Assembly (NCBI GenBank): GCA_965201075.1 | Contig: CBDAVP010000014.1 | Coordinates: 300,197 to 320,196, forward strand | Origin: Isosphaeraceae bacterium | GTDB taxonomy: Bacteria; Planctomycetota; Planctomycetia; Isosphaerales; Isosphaeraceae | Reading direction: 5' to 3' | Length of the DNA stretch: 20,000 nt | In this document: one piece after another, positions 1-10,585 of the stretch | Layout of the letters: each line of letters opens with the position of its first letter | Position numbering within the stretch: position 1 is the stretch's first letter | Notes under the pieces: model-generated | What the model was told of the DNA's origin: nothing | The model's input: the letters and a program-made list of their open reading frames with translations, nothing else | Databases searched by the model: none | Program-made: the position numbers and the translations under genes

Positions 1-50
1 TCCGGCTCGGGTTCGCCGAGGGCCTGATCGCCAACGGCCGCCGGGATTGA
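1..50 (+). CDS. 3' tail of an upstream gene (partial, unidentified)
   Basis: Frame from position 3 reads RLGFAEGLIANGRRD then TGA (48-50), with mostly G/C third positions. It converges on the sulfatase end. Too short to identify. Confidence 0.35.
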   Translation, partial: RLGFAEGLIANGRRD

Positions 51-121
51 GGGACGACCTGAAAACGGCTGGTTGGCTTGACGCTCACCTCTCCCGCGAC
101 GGCGGGGCCCGCCCCGGGGCC

Positions 122-1622
122 TCAACGAGCAGGGGGCGGAGGGGTCGGGACCCGCGCCTCGGGCGTCACCTTCTCCTCCGCCATCGCCTTCATCCGGGCG
201 GCCCGGTCGACCTCGGTCCCGGCGAGGTTCCGAGTTTCCCCAGGGTCGGCCGCCAGGTCGTAGAGTTGGGCCGCCGGGCCTCCGGCCGTCGGGGTCGCCA
301 CGGTGGGCTCGCTGAACCCTCCGGAGCCGAGCCGGTCGATCCACTTCCAGGGGCCGTCGCGGAGCACGTTCGCCCCGACCGAGGATTGGACCCTCAGAGG
401 GCGATCGGTCGGCCGGACCCACTTTCGGCCGGTCAGAGCCGGCGAGAAGTCCACCGAGTCGGCCGGAAACTCGTCCGGCCGACGACCCAGGAGCGGCCGA
501 GACGGTCGCCGGCAGGTCGGTCAGCGACACCAACGCGTCCGAGACGGCGCCGGCGGGAACTCTCCCGGGCCAACGGGCCAGGAGTGGGACGCGGTGGCCC
601 CCCTCCCAGGCGTCCCCCTTCATTCCCCGCCAGGGCCCGGCCGCCGTGTGCCCGGTCTGCTGGACGTTGCCTGGGAACCAGAACGGGCCATTGTCGCTGG
701 TCGCGAGCACCAGGGTCTCGCCCGCCGCGCCCGAGTCGTCAAGGGCCTCCAGGACGCGGCCGACAGTGGCGTCGGTCTGGGACACGTAGTCGCCGTAGGT
801 CCCGACCCCCGACCGGCCTCGGGCGTCGGCCGACGGGACCAGCGGCGAATGGGGCGACGGCAGCGCCAGGTACAGGAAGAAGGGCTTCCCCTCGCCGGCC
901 AGGCGGCGGACCTCCGCCACGGCCTGGCGGGTCAGCTCGGGCAGGACGTCGACGTGCCGGAACCCGGGGGCGGCCAGGTCTTCCCTCCAGAATTCCCCCA
1001 TCCGCGGGTCCGGCCAGTCGGCCGACGAGTGGGCGGGCATTGGTTCGGTGGCCTGGGCCACGACCTGGTCGCCTTGGATGAAGAGGTAGGGCCCAACGTC
1101 CAGCGACGAGGGCAGGCCGAAGAATCGGCCGAAGCCGCGGTCGATCGGGCCTCCGCGCAGCCGACGATCCGGGTGGCGGAGCAGGTCGTCGAAGCCGAGG
1201 TGCCACTTCCCCACCATCGCGGTGGCATACCCGGCCTGGGCCAGGACTCCCGGCAGGGTGGGGGCATCGGTCGGGATCAGCGGGGTGGTTGGCTGGAGCC
1301 CGCCGTACTTGCGCCGGAACTCGGGTTCCGGGTGGGGCGGGTTGACGAGTCGGACGGCGTGGCGGCCGGTCAGCAGCGAGAACCGGGAGGGGACGCACAC
1401 CCCACTACTGGAGTGGGCGTCGGTGAAGCGGGTGCCGTCCCTGGCCAGGCGGTCCAGGTACGGGGTGGGGATTCTCGACCCCGGGTTGTTGCAGCGAAGG
1501 TCCCCCCAACCGAGGTCGTCGGCGAGGATCAGGAGGAGATTCGGGGGCGTCCCGGCCGCTTGCGATTCCGAGGCCAACGCCGAGAGGGCGATCACCCCCG
1601 CGATCCCAAGGAGCTGGGTCAT
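122..1622 (-). CDS. Arylsulfatase (S1 formylglycine-dependent sulfatase) with signal peptide; apparent +1 frameshift near 494-497
   Basis: Hand translation from ATG 1622: MTQLLGIAGVIALSALASESQA-AGTPPNLLLILADDLGWGD...CVPSRFSLLTGR (CxPxR)...GYATAMVGKWHLG...KPFFLYLALPSPHSP...TSDNG...GMKGDAWEGGHRVP...DLPATVSA. The sulfatase C-terminus (LLGRR...DSVDFSPAL...WKWI...QLYDLAADPGETRNL) continues in another frame to TGA 122. The span is 1501 nt (3n+1). Confidence 0.9.
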
Positions 1623-1926
1623 GACAGGCACTCCCTCCGGTGGTTCGGGCCCGGCCCCCGGGAGGCGGGGGCCCGGTTGGGGTCGGGTCGAGGCGCGGAT
1701 GACCGCGAATCTTCCCGAGCCGAGGCGGGGGAGGCAACGGGGCAGGGGTTTCGGGCCCGTCGGCGGAGGCGTCGGCGAATCGGTTCGGTTCGAGGTCGGG
1801 TCAGGCGGGTCCGGCTGGGCTCTGGCGGGCGTGGGGCCCGACCGCTAGACTCGTCGGCGTCGCCGAGCGGCCCGGGGCGGTCGACCCCGGACGACTCGCT
1901 GCCCCCTTCGCCAAGGAGATTGCCCG

Positions 1927-2904
1927 GTGCGCCGCTTCGCCACGTTCGCCCGTTTCGCGCCGCTGACGCTGGCCCTCGCCGCCGTCCCGGCCGCCGCCCA
2001 GGACGCCCCGAAGGTCGATGCCGCTCCGGCCGCGGCCCCGGCTCCCGCGCCGGCCCCGGCTCCCGCGGCCGCGGCCCCGGCTCCCGCGCCGGCCCCGGCT
2101 CCTGCCCCGGAGGCCAAGCCCAGCGCGGCCGATGCCCCGATCCCCAAGGACGTCCAGGACAAGCTGGACGCGGCCCGCAAGGCGGTCGCCGAGGCGATCG
2201 TCGCCGCCCAGGACGCCGGCCTGGTACAGACGACCATCGACCCGCCCCCGGTGCTGGACATCCTGCTCACCGGCAAGGCCCAGGACGAGACGACCTTGAA
2301 GAACAAGGAAGGGGCCAGCCCCGAAGTCTTCGGCGCCTGGTTCACCGGCCAGGGAAAGCCCGAGACCAAGCTCGACCCGGCCAAGGACGTGCGCATCACT
2401 CAGCCGGGCAAGGGGTTGCGTAGCCTGTACGACCTCCGCAAGGACATCTTTACCCGAGCCATCGCCGACGCCCGCAAGGCCAAGGACGCCGCCACCGCCG
2501 AGGCCAAGAAGACGGAGGACGCCGCCGCCGCGGCCAAGGCCGAGTCCGACAAGAAGATGGCCGAGGAGAAAGCCAAGGCCGAGGCGGATCAGAAGATGGC
2601 CGAGGAGAAGGCCGCCGCCGAGGCCAAGGCCAAGGCCGACGCTGAAGCCAAGGCCGCCGCCGACAAGAAGATGGCCGAGGAGAAGGCCGCCGCTGACGCC
2701 AAGGCCAAGGCCGACGCCGAGACCGCCGCCAAGGCCGAGGCCATGAAGGCCGAGGAGGCCAAGAAGGCCGCCGACGCCGAGGCCGCCAAGAAGGCCGAAG
2801 AAGCCAAGGCCGCCGCCGACAAGGCCGCCGCCGACAAGGCCGCCGCCGACAAGGCCGCCGCCGACGCCGCGGCCCCTGCTCCCGCCGATGCTCCCAAGCC
2901 TTGA
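1927..2904 (+). CDS. Secreted hypothetical protein with Pro/Ala linker and TolA-like Ala/Lys/Glu/Asp-rich helical C-terminus
   Basis: AAGGAG upstream of the GTG start, signal peptide MRRFATFARFAPLTLALAAVPAAAQ, strongly GC3-biased codons, repeats (AP)n, KMAEEK x3 and AADKA x3. Confidence 0.85.
   Translation: MRRFATFARFAPLTLALAAVPAAAQDAPKVDAAPAAAPAPAPAPAPAAAAPAPAPAPAPAPEAKPSAADAPIPKDVQDKLDAARKAVAEAIVAAQDAGLVQTTIDPPPVLDILLTGKAQDETTLKNKEGASPEVFGAWFTGQGKPETKLDPAKDVRITQPGKGLRSLYDLRKDIFTRAIADARKAKDAATAEAKKTEDAAAAAKAESDKKMAEEKAKAEADQKMAEEKAAAEAKAKADAEAKAAADKKMAEEKAAADAKAKADAETAAKAEAMKAEEAKKAADAEAAKKAEEAKAAADKAAADKAAADKAAADAAAPAPADAPKP
2029..2110 (+). repeat. Intragenic tandem repeats encoding the Pro/Ala linker
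   Basis: A ~39-nt unit gccgcggccccggctcccgcgccggccccggctccc is duplicated. Confidence 0.75.
2803..2868 (+). repeat. Intragenic 15-nt tandem repeat (aaggccgccgccgac) x4
   Basis: Visible directly in the sequence; encodes KAAAD repeats. Confidence 0.8.
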
Positions 2905-3164
2905 ATTTGTTGGGTCGGGGCGCATCCGTCCTCCGCGGATGCGTCTCGGTCGTTGGGTGGGTTGCGGGACCCTGTTGGAATGAGGGGTCGGGCCGCGGAT
3001 CGGCTGGGGTGGCGTCTCCCCGAGGGAGTGGGTGACGAGGATTTGGCGAGATCGGCTCGGATTGGCCGCGAGTCCCTGGCGTCCTGGCCTTGGCAGGCGG
3101 GTCCGGGCCTGATACCTTGCCGGGCCCCGCGCCGAGGGCGGGGGCGGAGGGAGGCAGGCCCGCC

Positions 3165-4109
3165 GTGACGCCGATGACCCCGAGTCGGGCCACGCCCAAC
3201 ATCCTGGCGATGGCCTGCGAGGCCGCTTCGCTGCTGGAGGTTTCCGCCGTCGTCCTGCTGCCCGAAGGGCCGTTGAGCTGGGACGAAGTCGCCGCCACGG
3301 CCGCCGCTCGGCCGATGGCCGTGCTGGTGGCGACCTCCTCGGCCCGCCAGCGAGAGGCCGTCCGCGCCTCGGGCCTGGTGGCGCTGGAGGTCGAGCCGAC
3401 CGAGGCCGCCATCACCGAGCGGATCACCCTGGCGTTGATCGAGGCGGTCGCCAACGACCACCTCGCCGCCGGCGCCCGGGTCGTGGTCGTGTACTCGGGG
3501 TTCGAGGCCGAGACGCTCGACTCGGTCAGCATCGTGAGGCTGGGAGAGCACCTGGAACGCTTGACGGCCCGGGACCTGCGGGCCTTGGAGACCTCGGTCC
3601 CATTCGAGACGCTCAAGGCCGTCGTCGACGTGGCGGTGGAGATCGGTCGGGAAGGGCGGGAGGGGAAGCCCGTCGGGTCGTTGATCGTGGTGGGCGACGT
3701 GCGCAACGTCCTGGCAAGGTCGCGGACATTGGGGTTCGACCCGTTCAAGGGCTACCGACGCAAGGAACGGAACCTGCGCGACGGGCGCGTCCGCGAGGCG
3801 ATCAAGGAGATCGCCCAGATGGACGGCGGGTTCGTCGTCGCGAGGGACGGCACCGTCGAGGCGGCCTGCCGGATCGTCGACGCTCCGAACGCCGGTCTGA
3901 CGGTCCCGAAAGGGTTAGGGACCCGGCATTGGGCCGCGGCGGCGATCACGAATGTCACCAAGGCGTTGGCAGTGGTGGTCAGCCAGTCGACGGGGACGGT
4001 CCGGCTGTTCCAGGGGGGCGAGATCATCCTGAGGATCGCCCCGATGCGGCACGCTCGGGCGATGAAGTGGGTCGAGGACGACACCGAGCCCCCCGACCGC
4101 GCGAATTGA
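3165..4109 (+). CDS. Diadenylate cyclase (DisA_N/DAC domain) with a soluble N-terminal domain, DacZ-like architecture
   Basis: EIGREGREGKPVGSLIVVGD, EAIKEIAQMDGGFVV, GLGTRHWAAAAIT and VVVSQSTGTVRLF are DAC-domain motifs. GGAGG lies about 10 nt before GTG 3165 (ATG 3174 is an alternative). No transmembrane segment or HhH domain is evident. Confidence 0.85.
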   Translation: MTPMTPSRATPNILAMACEAASLLEVSAVVLLPEGPLSWDEVAATAAARPMAVLVATSSARQREAVRASGLVALEVEPTEAAITERITLALIEAVANDHLAAGARVVVVYSGFEAETLDSVSIVRLGEHLERLTARDLRALETSVPFETLKAVVDVAVEIGREGREGKPVGSLIVVGDVRNVLARSRTLGFDPFKGYRRKERNLRDGRVREAIKEIAQMDGGFVVARDGTVEAACRIVDAPNAGLTVPKGLGTRHWAAAAITNVTKALAVVVSQSTGTVRLFQGGEIILRIAPMRHARAMKWVEDDTEPPDRAN

Positions 4110-4217
4110 GGCCGCGGGACGCCTCGATTCGATCCCGGCTCTCCTGTCCAATGCGAACATGACGAGCCGGACGGGCCTTGGCCCCGCCGGATCGGACGTG
4201 CCCATTGCAGCGGGATG

Positions 4218-4233
4218 CGGCATCGGGTTTGCC
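4218..4233 (+). promoter_or_regulatory. Putative sigma-54 (-24/-12) promoter for the SDR gene
   Basis: cGGCATCGGGTTTGCc: GG-N10-GC with a TTGC -12 box. Confidence 0.55.
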
Positions 4234-4370
4234 TGTGGAACCGATCCGAACGATCGTATCCTGTCGGACATGGGTGGATACGGCCCGGGGCTGGGAGGCC
4301 GATCGTCGACCACGACCGTCGCGTGAAAAGGGCTCCGCCCGCCCCTCCGCGAAACTTCGAGGATTGGCTT

Positions 4371-5282
4371 GTGTCCGTGAAATTGAAGAAGCTGGCCGAC
4401 CAGGTGATGGTGATTACCGGTGCCTCGTCGGGCATTGGGCTGGCCACGGCCGAGTCGGCGGCGAACGCGGGGGCAAAGGTGGTGCTGGCGGCGCGCAGCA
4501 AGGCGGCGCTAGAGCAGATCGCCGCGCGGCTTGAAGCGGCCGGGGGGGAGGCGCTGGCCGTGGCGACCGACGTGGCTGACGAGGCCCAGGTCAAGGCCCT
4601 GGCCGACGCGGCGGTCACGCGGTTCGGGCGGATTGATACCTGGGTCAACAACGCCGGGTTGGGGATGTGGGGGCGGCTGGATCAGACCGAGACGGCCGAG
4701 GCCCGGAAACTCTACGACGTGAACTTCTGGGGAGTGGTTCATGGGTCGATGGCCGCCCTGCCGCACCTGAAGAAGCAGGGCGGGGCGTTGATCAACGTCG
4801 GCAGCGAGGTTTCCGACGACTATCCGCCGATCCAGGGGATGTATGCCTCGACCAAGCATGCGGTGAAGGGATATACCGACGCCTTGCGGGTGGAGATCGA
4901 GGGGCTGGACAAGGCTCCCGTGTCCATCACCCTGATTCAGCCGCAGGCGGTGGACACGCCGTTCCCCCAGCATGCCCGGAACTTCACCGACAAGGAGCCG
5001 ATGCTGCCCAAGCCGATGGTCGAGCCCCAGCAGGTGGCCGACGCGATTCTGCACGCGGCGCAGCACCCGATCCGGGCCAAGGCGGTCGGCGGAATGTCGG
5101 TCCTGAACACGACGATGGCCCGGGTCATCCCCGGGCTGGCCGACAAGATGGCCGCCACGCTGGCCGACAAGATGCACTACGACGAGCCGCCGCGCAACCC
5201 GTCCGGCGCGCTCCACCAACCGAGCGAGGCGACGGGGGTTGTTGGCCAGACCCACGGCACGGGTGGCCGCGAGCCGAAGTGA
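4371..5282 (+). CDS. Classical short-chain dehydrogenase/reductase (SDR)
   Basis: TGASSGIG, NNAG, catalytic YASTK. GAGGA precedes GTG 4371. Confidence 0.92.
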   Translation: MSVKLKKLADQVMVITGASSGIGLATAESAANAGAKVVLAARSKAALEQIAARLEAAGGEALAVATDVADEAQVKALADAAVTRFGRIDTWVNNAGLGMWGRLDQTETAEARKLYDVNFWGVVHGSMAALPHLKKQGGALINVGSEVSDDYPPIQGMYASTKHAVKGYTDALRVEIEGLDKAPVSITLIQPQAVDTPFPQHARNFTDKEPMLPKPMVEPQQVADAILHAAQHPIRAKAVGGMSVLNTTMARVIPGLADKMAATLADKMHYDEPPRNPSGALHQPSEATGVVGQTHGTGGREPK

Positions 5283-5371
5283 GTCAGGCTTCGAGACGTT
5301 GATGCGTTCCCCTCCCGGTCGTTGGGGTCGGTGAGGGGTTGGCCTTGGGGAAGGGCACTTGGAGCATTGTC

Positions 5372-6991
5372 ATGAACTTGCTGGGCCGGATCGCGTCGCG
5401 AGTGACGGGTGGAAAGTCTGAGCCGGCGGGGTCGATCCGGGTGGTCGACCCGAGCCCTCTCAACTGGCTTTGGATCACGTATAACACGGTCGAGGAGCTG
5501 GTGAGGGTCTCGCCGTCGGGCGTGGTCGGGCCGGCGGCGATGAAGTCGTTCCGCTGGAAGGATGATCGCACTTTGGAGGTGGATGTCCGGCCGGGGAATC
5601 GGTTCCGCGACGGCGAGGCGATCACGGCGGGATCAGTGAAGACGGCCTTCGATGAGATGATGCGTTGGGAGGCTCCTCATCCTCCCGGCACGCATTTCAA
5701 CATCGATTTGAAGACACGTTGCGAGGTGGCCGGGGAGCATCAGGTGCGGTTCCACCTGCCCGAGGTCGATGGGCTGGCACCGGGCAAGCTGCGGGCGATG
5801 CACCTGATGAGCTCGCCGTTCTGGAAAGAGGTGGGGTTCGGCTACTTGCGGAACCAGACCGGCGAAGGGCGTTGGTGAATCATCGACCGGCCGGGCCCAT
5901 GGGGGTCTGGGCCGTTCGCCCTGGTTCAGGGCTATTCGACGCTGGATACCGAACGCGTCGGGGTGGGCACCGACCCGAAGGCGGCCACCTGGTTGTGGGG
6001 TCCCGAGGACCGCACGCCGACCTTGAAGCTGCAGGCCAACCCCCATTACTGGGACGCGGCTCGCGGGCCTCGCTTGCGGGAGGTCGAGTTTCGCAATGAC
6101 CTGGAGCCGCACGAGGCTCTGCGGATGGTTTGCGACTCCGAGGGGGAAGTGGACCTGGTGACCGAGGTCGCCCCGGCGGATGCGGCCCGGGTGGAGACCT
6201 CGCCAAATGGCAAACTGGTGAAGCGGGATGCGGTGCGGGCCGTGGTGGGGATCATCGACCGCGAGGCCGAGGGTTTGCCGATGGCGGACCGTCGGGCGAG
6301 GTTGGCACTGAACCTGGCGGTGGATCGGGTGGGGTTGGTGCGAGAGGCATTGCGTGGGCATGGGACGCCGTTGGCGGGATTGTCGCCGCAGTCGTCGGTC
6401 CCTCGGCGGATGAGGCTGTCGCCGCCTGCCCATGACCCCCGAGTGGCCGGTCGTTTGTGGCAAGAGGCCGCCGGGGGCTCGACCCGGCCAATCCGCTTGG
6501 CGGCGCCCGAGAAGTATCGGGAGGCCGCCGGGGCGGTGGCTGTTGGGCTGCGGTCCGCCTTGAACGTGGGGGTCGAGGTGACGATCCTCGGCGGGTTGGA
6601 GATGAGGGAGGCTCGTCGAGGCCTGGCCGAGCGGCGGACGTCTCGCGGCTGGGACGTGCTGGTTTACGAGCAGGCGGCGCAGGCGGTGGACTCGGTGGGC
6701 CTGGAGTTCCATCGGGCGTTCGCGGGGGAGTCGGGCGAGTACCGTGCCGGGCCGGTCGTCCCCGCGTTCGAGGAGATCTACGCTGAATTTGGCCGGTCGC
6801 TCGCCCCGAGTCGACAGGTGAAGCTGACCGGCAAGATGGACCGGCTGGTGAGGGACGAGGCTCTGGTCCTGTCGTTGTTCGCCCCCCGTGTCCTTTACGC
6901 GGTGAATCGGCATGTGTCGTTCACGCCATACCGCACGTCGTTCGAGCTGGCTGAGACCTCGGTGAGCCGGGGGCACTGGTCTCGTCGTTGA
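5372..6991 (+). CDS. Family-5 (peptide/nickel) ABC solute-binding-like protein with an in-frame TGA at 5876-5878 (codon 169); either recoded or a nonsense pseudogene
   Basis: ORFs 5339..5878 and 5963..6991 share a frame. Motifs include FRDGEAITAGSVK, PWGSGPF, ANPHYWD..GPRLREVEF, GEVDL and DRRARLALNLAVDR. GGAG precedes ATG 5372. Read through, the product is 539 aa. Confidence 0.8.
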
Positions 6992-7684
6992 GTGGGGCGA
7001 GTCTGGAATGGTCCGATGAATTCGGGCATGATGTCGGGCGAAGGGCCGACTCGCCTCCCCTCGGCACTCGGAACCCGGCCATCCTAGAGCACATGGGCTT
7101 TCTGCGAGGGTCCTGCCGATGTGTCAGTTTATCTCTGGGCACGATGCCAAGCCCAAGTTCTTGACCTACTCCAAGATGATTTGAACATTGTCTTGGACAA
7201 GTGCGATGACTACAATCTTGTGCGCGAAAAGCACTTCCAAATCTTTCATTGTTCAATCCAGATCGTTCTGGTCTCAAACACTATCGAGATCCTTAATGTT
7301 TCGTATGAGTTGGATTGCGTGATTGACTGCGACCTTGAGCGTGCCTCTGTGAGTCGATCTAACATCCTTGAGTTTTCTGGGCGACAGGACTACTCCTCGG
7401 CCTAGTGTTTCAATCGGGCTCGAGGATCAAGGTCAAATCCAAGGACATTGCAATCGAGATTCTTTCGTTTGAAGATACGCTCTCGTCTTGGGAAGGCGAT
7501 CTCTGATTTTTTCGGGGCTGGAGGCGATTGGTGTCTCCTCAATGCCCTGTATTTGTGGACGATCTTCGCGGGCTGCCGTTTCCGAAGCCGCAGTCAGGAG
7601 CCTCTTGAGAGGCCGATGCGCCCCGACCCGAGGGGCCTGCCCTGAGCCGGGGATGAGGCCAAGTTTCGATCGATTGATCCAGGT

Positions 7685-8137
7685 TCAGGCGAAGCGGGGC
7701 GCGGGGGGTAGGGTGTGGAAGTCGAGGGGGCGACTGGGTTCTTCGCTTGAGTTCTGTCCGCCGGTCCAGGCGAGGTCGACGGTGGCGATGTAGAGGCGGA
7801 CGCCGTTGAGGATGGGGCCGGGCTCGGTTCCGGTGTGGGTGATTCGGAGGTGGCCGGCGGGGAAGCCGGCGAAGGGTTTGGCGTTGTGGCAGCCCTGGAG
7901 GCCGGCTCGGGTGAGGTCGGAGTGGCCGATCTCGATGCGGCGGGTTGTCGGTGTTTTGGGCCGGTTGGCGAAGGCTTCGCGGACGGCCTGCTCGAAGGGG
8001 CGGAAGCGGAGGACCAGGTCGGGGCCGGTTTGCGTCGCGGTCGTGACCGGAGCGGCCGAGGCGGCGGCGGCCAGGCCGGTGGGCAATGCGAAGCCCAGGG
8101 CCGAGAGGATTGAGCGGCGGGTGGGGTGCGTCGTCAT
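7685..8137 (-). CDS. Hypothetical protein with a twin-arginine (Tat)-like signal peptide
   Basis: MTTHPTRRSILSALGFALPTGLAAAASA: RR, a hydrophobic stretch and AxA. The rest of the 150-aa ORF has globular-looking composition. Confidence 0.65.
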   Translation of the reverse strand: MTTHPTRRSILSALGFALPTGLAAAASAAPVTTATQTGPDLVLRFRPFEQAVREAFANRPKTPTTRRIEIGHSDLTRAGLQGCHNAKPFAGFPAGHLRITHTGTEPGPILNGVRLYIATVDLAWTGGQNSSEEPSRPLDFHTLPPAPRFA

Positions 8138-8198
8138 CGTGGGCGTCCGGGGGATGGGGCCTTGGCGATTGGGCGGCGTCGGTTTGGTTTGGAGGAGG

Positions 8199-8267
8199 AG
8201 GTCTCGAAGATGAGACTTTGGGATTGCCGCCGGGACCGGGGTCTCGAAGACGAGACCCCAGCCACCC
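8199..8267. repeat. Pair of REP-like palindromes, 40 nt apart
   Basis: aggtctcg-aaga-tgagactt (8199-8218) and the perfect hairpin ggggtctcg-aaga-cgagacccc (8238-8259), just downstream of the katE stop. Confidence 0.6.
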
Positions 8268-8299
8268 GGACGTGGCAGCCCTTTCGAGTGGGCGACGGT

Positions 8300-10435
<2,136 letters not shown>

Positions 10436-10521
10436 GTCGGGGTTTCCCTGGTGCGGTCGTCTTGAGTTGGAGAACGTCCGGTTCTGGAGATCTTAGGCAG
10501 AGTTGGTGGGGGTGGCCAGGT

Positions 10522-10537
10522 GGCAAACCCCGTGCCG
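10522..10537 (-). promoter_or_regulatory. Putative sigma-54 (-24/-12) promoter for katE
   Basis: Minus strand reads cGGCACGGGGTTTGCc, close to the consensus TGGCACG-N4-TTGC with exact GG-N10-GC spacing, about 90 nt upstream of the ATG. Confidence 0.65.
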
Positions 10538-10585
10538 GTTTGGGCGTGGGTGGTCGTGGGTGGGGTGGGGCCCTAGAATGGCGTC

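Noticed and set aside
303..2423. 706-aa plus-strand ORF (also 47..1081)
   Set aside because: Antisense shadow of the sulfatase running on in an alternative frame of the 1927 gene; Arg/Gly/Pro-rich with no motifs.
2530..2870. Repeats considered as a CRISPR array
   Set aside because: They are in-frame coding repeats without unique fixed-length spacers, and there are no cas genes.
1801..2925. Gly/Leu-rich 374-aa minus-strand ORF resembling a membrane protein
   Set aside because: Reverse complement of the Ala/Lys codon repeats in the 1927..2904 gene.
5963..6991. Independent 342-aa gene starting at GTG 5963
   Set aside because: There is no clear RBS, and it would omit the conserved GSGPF motif encoded in frame upstream; better treated as part of 5372..6991.
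7121..7405. 94-aa ORF as a firm CDS
   Set aside because: No motif, RBS or host-like codon bias; kept only within the low-GC finding.
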